The translations under genes and the position numbers were made by a program. Positions 46,195-55,551 of a stretch of DNA of 64,000 nt are shown here, in pieces. The notes beneath the pieces are model-generated. The model had not been told where the DNA came from. It did no database searches and saw nothing but the letters and a program-made list of their open reading frames with translations. This stretch comes from a virus (lineage: Duplodnaviria; Caudoviricetes), in IMG/VR virus record IMGVR_UViG_3300035491_000281. One strand, written 5' to 3'. How positions within the stretch are numbered: the first letter of the stretch is position 1; every line of letters begins with the position of its first letter.

Positions 46195-47163
46195 TTACGC
46201 TTTGGCGGCCTGCTCGATCAGTTCCATGATCGCGGTAGCCACTTTCCCGGCATGCTGTAGCATGCTGGTTTGAGTCTTTTCCAAATTGGCGATCGAGTTG
46301 ATGAACATGGTGTTGATGTAGCGGTATTCCTTGTCGTGGTTGCCTTCACGACGGCGGAAGACCTCGATCTGCAGGATACCGTCCACCAGGCGGTGGTGGT
46401 ATTTCTTACTGGCTTCAAGTTGTTGGGTGGTCGTATCCAGGAACTTGGCGATCTTACGTACATCACCCAGGGTCAGCGTCAGTTCCGCCAGCGTTTCCTT
46501 TTCATGCGTCTTGAAGAGCAACGGCGGTTGCAAGAACAGCATGTCGTAGTGACGCTCGGCCTTATCGTCACTAATGTTGTTGTAGTTCTCTTTCAAGTAA
46601 CTGGTAAAGTCCGGGAGGTACTGATTCAACACGAAAGTGTCAGGCTTGAACGCAATGTCCGGTACCCGCTCGCCCGGGGTGGCCAGGCGTACGATCTCAT
46701 TGAAGCTGGACATCTCGTGGCGCTTACCTTCATCGGCCTGGCGCAGCGCCCCGTAGAGCATGCCAATGTAACGGTTGCACCAATCGGAATAGACGGTAAG
46801 TACGAAGTGCTGCCCCTGCACATCCCGCTTTATGGCGTCGGCCAGTTGCTTCGGGGATTGACCGTTGCAGTTAAGGCTACGCAGCAAGGTCTGGTTTTTG
46901 ATCACCACAGGGTCGCTGTCTTTACCGGTCAGCCCGGCCAAGATGCGCAGACTTTTGGTTTTTTGTTCGGTCAGGGTTTTGATCGCCCCGTCAAAGCGCT
47001 TCGCGTCAATCTTCTCGATCGAGCGGCGTTTGAAGCGGGTGACCAGTCCCCCGATAAACTCGGTCGAGACCGTCAGGACTTCGTCCGGATAACGTTCCAC
47101 ACTGGGAGTGCCTTCGGTGGTACCGAAGGGGAAATTGCTTTCGAGAAGTTGAGTGATTTTCAC
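46195..47163 (-). CDS. Probable internal head protein
   Basis: Start moved to GTG 47163 because the ORF-track start lies inside a terminator; PSVE candidate processing site; helical. Confidence 0.55.
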   Translation of the reverse strand: MKITQLLESNFPFGTTEGTPSVERYPDEVLTVSTEFIGGLVTRFKRRSIEKIDAKRFDGAIKTLTEQKTKSLRILAGLTGKDSDPVVIKNQTLLRSLNCNGQSPKQLADAIKRDVQGQHFVLTVYSDWCNRYIGMLYGALRQADEGKRHEMSSFNEIVRLATPGERVPDIAFKPDTFVLNQYLPDFTSYLKENYNNISDDKAERHYDMLFLQPPLLFKTHEKETLAELTLTLGDVRKIAKFLDTTTQQLEASKKYHHRLVDGILQIEVFRRREGNHDKEYRYINTMFINSIANLEKTQTSMLQHAGKVATAIMELIEQAAKA

Positions 47164-47182
47164 GAGGGCGCTGCCTGTAGTC

Positions 47183-47242
47183 AAAAAAAAAACGATGACC
47201 AACCCCACCCAAACCACCGGAGTGATTCAGGCGAGGGTAGTC
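47183..47242 (-). terminator. Long G-U-rich intrinsic terminator
   Basis: 21-position stem with 20 pairs (6 G-U), UCCG loop, then 4 nt and U10; folds well only as minus-strand RNA. Confidence 0.85.
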
Positions 47243-47253
47243 GGTTCGAGCGA

Positions 47254-47973
47254 TTAAGTGCGCAGCAGTTCTTCGATCCGCTCCACCCGGTCGCTGGGGT
47301 TAACCAGGGCTGAGGTGATGCTGTCGCCAAAATAGGCGCCGATCAACTTGCTGGTGGTGTCCGAGGCGTTCCAGATCACACTGCGGAACGGTACGATCAC
47401 CGGCGGATTGGTTTCGATATCCCGCGGCTGCTTGAGCACATGCCGATACAGCTCGATCATGTTCTCTCTATTCCGCGCAATGGTCGATACGATCAGGTCG
47501 ATGATCGCCCGGTTACCCAGGTCGATGCCGGCGTGTTCTTTTGCCGTCTCGAAGATCTTGGCCAGATCGTAGTAGTTGAAAAACCAAGGGATGCGTCCCT
47601 TAGCGATCAACTCGTCGTAGATGTAGTACGTCAGAGTGTCATTCTTCACGAGGTCGGTGCTGTAAAACACCCGATCCCCCGGTTCGAATTGAAACTCCAG
47701 ATAAGGCGTGCCGTCGACGTCAACCGTTTCCGTACTGCTCGGGGTGATGCGCATCATCGCATCAGTGATGCTGACCGAGTAGTACTGGTCCTCCATGATC
47801 AAGGCAAAGAAACCGAGGATATGCACCTCGGTGCCTATGCTCGCCAAGTGCCGACCCAGGTACCGCTCGGGTACCTGAATCGTGCAGGCGACATCAGTGT
47901 AGATGCCGCCGTCTTCGCGCTCATGCAGGTGCGCTTTGACTTTCTCAGGCGCCCGTTGCAGGCGCTGCTTCAT
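47254..47973 (-). CDS. Conserved phiKZ-like protein (gp176-like position)
   Basis: 239 aa; synteny between the RNAP genes and the protease. Confidence 0.7.
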   Translation of the reverse strand: MKQRLQRAPEKVKAHLHEREDGGIYTDVACTIQVPERYLGRHLASIGTEVHILGFFALIMEDQYYSVSITDAMMRITPSSTETVDVDGTPYLEFQFEPGDRVFYSTDLVKNDTLTYYIYDELIAKGRIPWFFNYYDLAKIFETAKEHAGIDLGNRAIIDLIVSTIARNRENMIELYRHVLKQPRDIETNPPVIVPFRSVIWNASDTTSKLIGAYFGDSITSALVNPSDRVERIEELLRT

Positions 47974-49516
47974 CGTTTACCTCACGAATGTCATCGGCGT
48001 CGGCCGAGGCCGGGGCTTCGTCGATCGGCTGGGGTGCGATGTCCGGGCTCACCGGGCGGTCGTACAGCAGCGCCTCGAACGGCAGCGAGCTGACCTGCTG
48101 GGCCAACCAAGCGGCGATCATTTCCACCGCAGCGATGGTGGCCACCTCGCGGGGCGGCAGGTCCCCTTGATCGGCCGCGATCCGGTCCATGGCGTCGAGG
48201 AAGCTGCGATACGGAGTGTTGGGATAGTAGACCTCACACACCAACTTGGAGATGACGCGGTTGATGTCGTGCAGGTCTTCTTCCTGTACCGACTGCAGTA
48301 GCTTGGCTACCCGTCCTTCCAGTTCCGGTGCGCTGATGTCTTTCGGCAACAGCTCACGCACGTCTTGTGGTGGTACCAGCAGCAAGGTACGCAGGTGACT
48401 GCGACGCTGACGCAGGTAGTTGTCCAGCCGCGACTGGCGAATCAGGTAATGCTTGCGCTCCCACACCGCAATCAGGTCAGCCTGAACCGCCGTCAAATCG
48501 GCAGCATGGGTCCGGGCCGGGTCAGCGATGGCTGCTCCCAGCAGTGCCTTGACGTCGCCGCCGCGGGAGAGCCAGTCCGGGTAAACGTCCTGATTCACTA
48601 CCACCACTACCCGACCGTCGGTCATGGGTTGTTCGGCTTCGTAACGCCACACCACGCGCTGGCGGGTACGAGCCTGAGCACGCTTGACGTAACCCTGGGC
48701 CAGCTGAGCCCCGAAGTACTGGTGTTGCAGCAGGATCGCGTGTTCCCACTCGTCGAGGCTGACGCCTTCGCCGGTCACGTCCTGCGGGTTTTCCAGCAGG
48801 TAATGGGTCAGCAGGTAAGCGGTCAGCACGGCATCGACGTTGAACGGGAAACCGCCCAGATCGCGGAAGCTCAGCTGCTGTGCCGTCAGCGAGCGGGCCG
48901 TGCCGAACAGTCGGCTCCACACCAGGCGCAGGGTATCAGCTCCAACCCCACAGGCCCAATCGGCCGTCAGGGCCGCGTCGACGTGGCGGTTGGCACTGAG
49001 CCACTGTACCAGCGTTTCCACCGAAGGCGTCGCGATCAGGAAGCTGCGGTAGGCCTCAGCCTGGGGCACGCTCAGGTAGCGGTCCGCGATATGGCTGGTC
49101 AGTCCCGGCTCATCGTGGATCTTGTGCAGCACCAGCGGCTTGACCTCGATCTGAGCCAGGCGGCTGACTTCACTGCGGCTGTCATAGCCACTGCGAATAG
49201 CCTTGCAGGTTGGGATCACGGCTTCGCGCACGGTAGTCAGCATGCGCTCCAGGCCAAAGCTCATGAGTTCAACCAGCTGGTCGAATTCATCCGCGGCCAG
49301 GTCGGTGACCTTGGCGTTGAGGTGGCGGAAGTTTTCCACTACCTGGTCGGTACGCTCTCCTGAAAGCTCACGATGCTCAGCCTGCAGTGGGGCGCGGAAA
49401 TGATCGGCCATCACCGCCACGGGAAAGTTCGGCGACTTCGGCCGCAGCAGCAGACCGTTGGCGGTCAGGGTTTCGGCCAGCGGACGGGCGACCGTTACCG
49501 TAGAGGGTTTGAACAT
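47945..49516 (-). CDS. Conserved phiKZ-like protein (gp177-like position)
   Basis: 523 aa, AGGAG SD; synteny. Confidence 0.7.
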   Translation of the reverse strand: MFKPSTVTVARPLAETLTANGLLLRPKSPNFPVAVMADHFRAPLQAEHRELSGERTDQVVENFRHLNAKVTDLAADEFDQLVELMSFGLERMLTTVREAVIPTCKAIRSGYDSRSEVSRLAQIEVKPLVLHKIHDEPGLTSHIADRYLSVPQAEAYRSFLIATPSVETLVQWLSANRHVDAALTADWACGVGADTLRLVWSRLFGTARSLTAQQLSFRDLGGFPFNVDAVLTAYLLTHYLLENPQDVTGEGVSLDEWEHAILLQHQYFGAQLAQGYVKRAQARTRQRVVWRYEAEQPMTDGRVVVVVNQDVYPDWLSRGGDVKALLGAAIADPARTHAADLTAVQADLIAVWERKHYLIRQSRLDNYLRQRRSHLRTLLLVPPQDVRELLPKDISAPELEGRVAKLLQSVQEEDLHDINRVISKLVCEVYYPNTPYRSFLDAMDRIAADQGDLPPREVATIAAVEMIAAWLAQQVSSLPFEALLYDRPVSPDIAPQPIDEAPASADADDIREVNDEAAPATGA

Positions 49517-49527
49517 GACGCGACTCC

Positions 49528-49731
49528 TTAACCACCAAAATGCTTGGCCAGACGCGAGGCCAAGAGTTCTTGAATGTCGGCGACCGACTGCGCTTCCCCA
49601 CGGATGTGGTTGGACACGGCATCGGACCCCATGACTTTCTGCAGGGTTGCAGCACCCAGTTCGAGACTGGCGGTAATTACCGCCAGGTTCTCGTTGAGCG
49701 CGGCATCAGGACTTTCTTTGGGCTTTGCCAT
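49528..49731 (-). CDS. Small hypothetical protein
   Basis: 67 aa, GAGG SD, overlaps the RNAP stop. Confidence 0.55.
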   Translation of the reverse strand: MAKPKESPDAALNENLAVITASLELGAATLQKVMGSDAVSNHIRGEAQSVADIQELLASRLAKHFGG

Positions 49732-52291
49732 TGACTTTTCCTCGATAGACAGCGGCTACATGTTTGGACAGGACCCGCAACAACGTGTTGGTGGTTCCTA
49801 TCAGTTTTGGTGAGAGCACCTTTCGGTCTTCAATACTGGTATTGCCGAAGATGGCATCGAGGGGGTCCCCAGACTCGGTGGTGTTGGTCCCTTGGAAGAC
49901 CCGCGAAATCACCGTCTTCATCTGGTTGCCGAAGACACCTTTATCACCAACCCCGGCAGGAATGTCGTGGTCGATGTACACCAGAATCGCCATGGTGTCC
50001 GGATCAAGGGCTTTGCCTTTGACGCGGAAGCTGGTATCAACCTGGCCGGTGAAGGCCGGTTCACCCAGGGCCCGTGCCCGGCGCTTGCGTTCCTTGTCCG
50101 ATTCCCGAGCCAGCGCCTGCAGATTGTCCGACAGGTCTTCCAGCTCCCCATGATAGAAACATTCCACGCGGCTGACGTGACCGACTACCTTCGCCCGCGG
50201 GGTCATGGCAGCCATCCGGCGCAGAGTATCGAGCGCCGCTTCGTCAAAGAGCGGGTTGTTCGCGGTTTCCGGGTCCTCGATCGTACATAGAATTGTCTCC
50301 AGGTCGACATGGTCGCCCTCTCTGACCAGATTATGCACCAGTTGATCGAAGCGCACTTCAATCGTCCGGATCTCGGTGGTTTGGGTTGTGAGCTTATCCG
50401 CCACCGCTTGCGAGATGGCCGAGCCGTCTTCTAAGGTGTCGATGCAATCGATCAGTGCCGTGCGCACCAACACCCCGGCTTTCCACACCACCTGATTCGG
50501 ATTGAACCGATCGGGCGTAAAGAACTTGTGGTTGTAGGCGAGGATATCCCCGCGCTGGACCTTATCTCCTTTCTTCAGGTCGGTGACAACTTCGTGCGGG
50601 TAGGTAACCCCGGCGGCATTGCCGAAGCGTTTGCCCAACTCCACCCGGGTCTCACTACCGTCTTGGTACCGGACGGTGAGCGAGCGTTTGCTGACATCGA
50701 CAACTTCCCCGTCTTGCTCGGCGCTGCTAGCGAAGATGCTAGTGGTGCGCTGCGCGACGATTTGGTCGTAGCCGGTGCTCCAGGGTTGTGGTTGATAGCC
50801 GTTGGCGAACACCCCCTGTTGTTGCTGGATCGGGATGAAGTTAATCCGCTTGGGATCGTCGTGGTCTGCGGCTGGCGCCAGCAGGGCTGACGAGGACAAC
50901 AGTTTGCAGGCCCCATCCCGCTCTTTATCGAACGGTCGGGTTACACCACGCAGGTTGGTGAGGTTGGCATCTGGTGCTAGGTAAGCCACCACCCCCACGT
51001 CGCCCGAGTCTACCGTCGACTCCGAGACTACCCCGACGTCGCTCTGATGGTAGATGCGGGTGCGCTCCACCATCGACTTACCCCCGCGTCCACCGTCGCC
51101 CCGGTAGGTCATGACTTCCTGCTCGCGCAGGTTAGCCAGCGGGTTAGACTCCTCCACCGGTGACACCGCAGGGTCCTGCACCACCTTCTGCCAGACTGCG
51201 TGTGGGTTCAGCTCGACCGCGTTCTCACCAACCCCGATGCGGGCGTTGAAGGTTTTGGCAGCGCGGGTCAGCTCCCCGTAGACCATCCCGGCAAAGCGCT
51301 CGTAGCCCCGGTAGCGCATGAACGCCCCGTCGACTTCTTCCGGTGAGTAGTCGTTTTGCAACAGCTCCACCGACCGCAGCACCAGCGGCAGGAACTCGAC
51401 CGGTTCACCCATCTGCTCCAGCAGGCCACGCGTGATCGGGTCAACCCACGAGGTAAACAACGCCTCGATTTCCCGCAGGTAGCGTACCCCCAAGCCCGCT
51501 CCTTCCATCAGTCGGTAGTAAACGTCCTTGCGATCGAAGTCCCACACCGAGTATTGCTTGAGGATGTCGTGGTACCGGTTCAGACCGGCCAACACCATGG
51601 CCGAACGCTGATCCAACCGGGAGAACACCAAGACTTCATCTTCAAACGTCAGGGCGTATTCATCGGCCTGCTGGATGTTGCGCTCACCCCGGCGGAAGCG
51701 GGTGACCTCACAACCCAAGTGGTTGATCAGATTGGTCAGCCCGAGGTGGTAGGCCAACACGAACCCCACCGGCAGCGATTTGTTCGACACCGACATCTCA
51801 GCCACTTCCAACGGCGCACCGGCGGCCGAGATCCCCAGCACGTCGTGCACGGTACCCAACACTTCCAGTCCGTCGTTGGTGTGCAGGTAAAAGGTGTTGT
51901 TATAATCCACCAACACCGGCATCCCCTGCAGGGTACCCACCATCACCTGCTCGCTGGTTTCGAACAGTTTGATGTTCAAGCCGGCCGTATCGGCAAAGTG
52001 CTGCTCCCGGTTGCGGTAATCGAAGAAGAAGCGGATCTCCCCACTGTTGAACTGCGAGAAACGCTGGGCCAGCAGGGTATAAATCCGTGGCAGGCGTTCG
52101 GTCATGACGAACACGTCTGAGAATCGCAGATCGGTGATGCGCTCATCCGCCGGGTCCACACCCCGTTCCGTGATTACGCGGGTCAGCCAGCGACCGTAGT
52201 TGTTCACCGACCGCTCCGACCGGTCGACGAAGGTCTTGTTGTAGTACGACGTCAGGGCGACACGCACCGGACTTACCTTGCGAATTGGTAG
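49706..52291 (-). CDS. Virion RNA polymerase beta subunit (phiKZ gp178-like), exon 2
   Basis: HQSDVGVVSESTVDSGDVG, HDDPKRINFIPIQQQQ, EDGSAIS, GVGDKGVFGNQMKTVISRV RpoB-equivalent motifs. The ORF-track ATG (52294-52292) ends in the intron omega-G. Confidence 0.9.
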   Translation of the reverse strand, partial: LPIRKVSPVRVALTSYYNKTFVDRSERSVNNYGRWLTRVITERGVDPADERITDLRFSDVFVMTERLPRIYTLLAQRFSQFNSGEIRFFFDYRNREQHFADTAGLNIKLFETSEQVMVGTLQGMPVLVDYNNTFYLHTNDGLEVLGTVHDVLGISAAGAPLEVAEMSVSNKSLPVGFVLAYHLGLTNLINHLGCEVTRFRRGERNIQQADEYALTFEDEVLVFSRLDQRSAMVLAGLNRYHDILKQYSVWDFDRKDVYYRLMEGAGLGVRYLREIEALFTSWVDPITRGLLEQMGEPVEFLPLVLRSVELLQNDYSPEEVDGAFMRYRGYERFAGMVYGELTRAAKTFNARIGVGENAVELNPHAVWQKVVQDPAVSPVEESNPLANLREQEVMTYRGDGGRGGKSMVERTRIYHQSDVGVVSESTVDSGDVGVVAYLAPDANLTNLRGVTRPFDKERDGACKLLSSSALLAPAADHDDPKRINFIPIQQQQGVFANGYQPQPWSTGYDQIVAQRTTSIFASSAEQDGEVVDVSKRSLTVRYQDGSETRVELGKRFGNAAGVTYPHEVVTDLKKGDKVQRGDILAYNHKFFTPDRFNPNQVVWKAGVLVRTALIDCIDTLEDGSAISQAVADKLTTQTTEIRTIEVRFDQLVHNLVREGDHVDLETILCTIEDPETANNPLFDEAALDTLRRMAAMTPRAKVVGHVSRVECFYHGELEDLSDNLQALARESDKERKRRARALGEPAFTGQVDTSFRVKGKALDPDTMAILVYIDHDIPAGVGDKGVFGNQMKTVISRVFQGTNTTESGDPLDAIFGNTSIEDRKVLSPKLIGTTNTLLRVLSKHVAAVYRGKVNGKAQRKS

Positions 52292-53838
52292 CATCCCAAT
52301 TCAAAATGGACCATATCTTCTTCCCAGAGGGAAGCCTACCGTTTCGGAATCCACTTAATGGATTCCTACTCTACTCACTTTAATCGCGTTTGGGCGACCA
52401 CCTGACTTTAGACAGGTGTCATTAGGCAGTTTCCTGCTGTAGCTTTCGATGGCCTCTGAGCACACTCCGTAGGGATCATCCCTGTAGGAGCTTCGCTGCG
52501 TCGGTTGTGCCAACCGCTGACGTTTTTACCGTGCTCACCGCTTCCATTACTGGGGTGAGTGTTACACTCAGTTTCCTGGTGTAAGTGGTAGACAGCTGGT
52601 TATAGGCAGGTTCCCGCAATTAGGTAGGTTTTCTAGTAGAGTATTGCTACTCTACGCGGACCATGTGTTAGTGATAGTTAAGCTCTCATCAAATGTGTGT
52701 CCAGTCGCTCGCAGAACGGTTTCCAAGGCAATCTCCACACCCTCGTGTTTCGATAACCAGTAACCTAGTCTTAGCAAGGAATATCCTCCCTGCTCAGCGA
52801 TGACCTTCTTCACTTTGTCACTTTCGACGGTTTGCTTGAAATATAACTCACCGCCAAAACGTTCAACCGGCTTGAAATGTTGTTGCCCTTGGTATTCGAT
52901 CAGAAGCCCGTAATCCGGAAGGAAGAAATCGTAGCGATACAGGTAGGGGTCTACCTTGTATTCTTGGACATGGTTTATACCGTGACGCTCAAGAAATACC
53001 CGTATACGGGTTTCGCCTTTTGATTCCTTACACCGTGGACAACCACCACCCGATGAGGTGTGGCTATTCGGTGTTATCCAGAAAGACCCGTGCTCGAAAC
53101 AGATTACTTCTACCTTTTCCTTACTTGTGGTATAGACCACGTTAGAGTAGTCGTATCTGTCACCATGGGTTTTTATAGCCTGTTGAATAAACTCATCTTT
53201 GTTCGACCGATTCCTGACAAGATAACAATGCTTACACCCACTTCCGCTGAGATGCACTCGCGGTTTCTGTTGAAACTCGCCGTGACTCGGACAGACGATG
53301 GTTACCGCCGAATCACCTGCCATGTAAGCAACTTTAGAGTAATCGTAGACAGCGCCATGCACTACCCGCGAACGAGCAATGAATTCGTTAATACCCATGC
53401 GGTCATTTTCACGATAGCAACCGGGACATCCTGTACCTCTGGTGTAGTGTAGATACGGCACGGTTTGGAAGACCCCGTGCGTCGGACAGATGACCTCAAC
53501 TTTCGTGGTTGAGTTAACTATCCGCACTAAGCTGTAGTCGTACCTTTCCCCATGTAGTCGTTTAGACCGTTCGAGGAAATCCTGCGGTGTGAGTTGCTTA
53601 CCGCAGCTTTTACACCCCACCGTAGATCGCAAGAAGTGCTGAGGACAAACCTCAAAATCGCCATGAGTTGGGCATGTAACAATTACTTTTTCGCGTTTGG
53701 TTCTGTAAACCGTCTTGTCGTATAGGAAACGATCACCATACCTGCGTTTGGCTCGCTTGATGAATTTTTCTGGTGAGAGTCTCTTCTGTGTCATCACTAA
53801 CCCCACTGATGAAATACCACATCATCGTGGGAGTTTTA
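52292..53838 (-). ncRNA. Group I self-splicing intron (IA-like), 1,547 nt
   Basis: 5' exon ends in U (GAU|UAA); intron ends in G (AUG|CUA); IGS GUCCGCG pairs with exon CGCGGAU; P AAUUGCGGGAA, Q ACGCAGC, R CUCAGAGGCCAU, S AAGAUAUGGUCC; splicing restores QRAD-LPIRKV in frame. Confidence 0.92.
52652..53794 (-). mobile_element. Intron-encoded putative homing endonuclease: four CPxHG/GCxxC Zn repeats (DUF723-like) plus Vsr/EDxHD-like PD-(D/E)xK nuclease
   Basis: Four repeats F...(S/A)...HG..YDYS.V.Y....KV.I.CP.HG.F...P..H..G.GC..C; C-terminal ESKGE.RI..FL, YDFFLP, LLIEYQGQQH. Visibly more AT-rich than flanking genes. Confidence 0.82.
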
Positions 53839-55542
53839 ATCCGCGCGCTGCAAGCGCATCTTGTAAGTCACGCCGTTAGAGATGAACCGGCCATCGTCAT
53901 CCACCACCGGGAGGCGGAAACGCAGCGTCGATTGCCGACCCCGAACCGGCTTGACGGTCACCGTGTGGATCTCGTAATGGTTCATGGCGTCGCGAACGGT
54001 TTCGACGCTATAATCCTTGACAGCTACACCCTGGCTCTGGATGGCCAGAACCGCACTGACGATGTCCTTACGTAGCACCTTGCGAACGTACTTCTTCTGC
54101 AAGCCTTTGAGCTTGGAGGACAGCATGGACTTGTCCGGAATCGTACTGCGGTTCGGGAAATCCGGTTCGTCCGGCAGTGCCAGATCGTCATCAGTCACGT
54201 CCAGCATACTTTCCAGAGAAGCGCCGGAGCCGTAGGGGTCCTTCAGACGCTTGTAGGTTTCGGCATCAGCCAGGGCGCGTTGGTAGGCCTTGGGGGACAT
54301 CAGTCCCACCTCGTGCAGCTCCCAGGCTTTTGCGGCGACCCCTTGGGTCAACCGTTCATCCAGCGACGGTGGCTCCGTGGCCTCGACCGCGTCGCCCTGT
54401 TCCTCCGCCGGCAACAGTACGTCAGCCGGCTCGGCCGCGATGGGTTGTGCAGGGGTGGTCAAGCTAGGCGCTACCGGTGGGCTTTTCGGTTCCGGCAGCC
54501 AGAGGTCATTAAGACCCGGCAGAGCCAAGGCTTCTACCAGTTCCTGCTGGGCCTGGGGTGCTTCCTTGGCCGTGGCTTCACGCGCCGACTGGGCCGCAGG
54601 CAGTTGTTCTGCAGGGACCGGTTTGGTGCCAGCGGCAGGAACCTCGGCAGGCGCTTCGCCGGTCCCCGCATCCAGCTGGGTAACCCCGGAGAGCAGGTCG
54701 CGCAGGCCATGCAGCAGTACCAGAAAACGACGCTGCAGGACAGTGCCCGACAGGCCGGTGTCGCCATCCACATCGGCATCCTTGCGCCATTCATCGATCA
54801 CCCCCAGGTTAATGATGAAGAAATACCCTTTGGCTTTGACGATGAAATGAATCTTCGCCAGGGCATCCTCCGACAGCGTTGCCAGGTGAGACGCTTGACG
54901 GTTGTCGCCCAGCCAATGCCAGAGGTCCAACAGATGCAGGGCGGCGTTGGTGTTGAACACCTCCAGGTTCTTCTGGTTCAGGCCGTTCTGCATACGCAGG
55001 AACTGTTCGTGGGTGGGGATGGCGTCGGGCAGGTGCAGGTCGATGAACTGGTTCCAACCAAAGCGCTCATGCGTCTGTTGTACCCGGTCCCAGAACGTGG
55101 CGGCGACATTCTTCCAGCGGAAGTAGCCAGCCTTGAACGACGGGATATACCGATACAGCGAGGACAGCAACGCGTAGTTGACAATCAACAGGTTCTTCGG
55201 GTTGATGGTCAGGGCTTCGTCCTTGCGCAGCGGCTTGAACAGGCGATTCTTACGACGGAATTCGTTCTGCAGCAACATGGGGTTGAGCACGGTACGGCGG
55301 GGACCGCCCTCCAGATGCTCCAACTGGGCGACGTGCTCGATAAACACCCGCCCACCCTGCAGGTCGGACAACAGCGGGTCTTGCGGGGACGGTCCCATCA
55401 GCGCGCTGTCATCGGGTAGGAACTGATAGATGCTTTCCAGCGGTAGGGTCAGCTTGGCGATCGGAATCAGGCGCGGCCGGGAGAGGTGCGCCCGTTCGCG
55501 CACCCCGGTTTGCCGATAGAACAACGGTTGTTTTAAACGCAT
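53839..55542 (-). CDS. Virion RNA polymerase beta subunit (phiKZ gp178-like), exon 1
   Basis: 568 codons ending ...FISNGVTYKMRLQRAD at the intron 5' splice site; AGGA SD. Confidence 0.85.
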
Positions 55543-55551
55543 GGGACGTTC

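Noticed and set aside
47183-47192. Programmed frameshift or phase-variable A10 tract
   Set aside because: It is the U tract of a strong minus-strand terminator in intergenic sequence.
52292-52294. ATG start for an independent 862-aa RNAP gene
   Set aside because: No SD, and the G is the intron omega-G; splicing gives a continuous frame with 53839-55542.
52652-53806. HNH endonuclease or intein
   Set aside because: No HNH motif or intein C1/HN-C termini; the ORF is in a different frame from the exons with stops on both sides; group I RNA elements explain the interruption.
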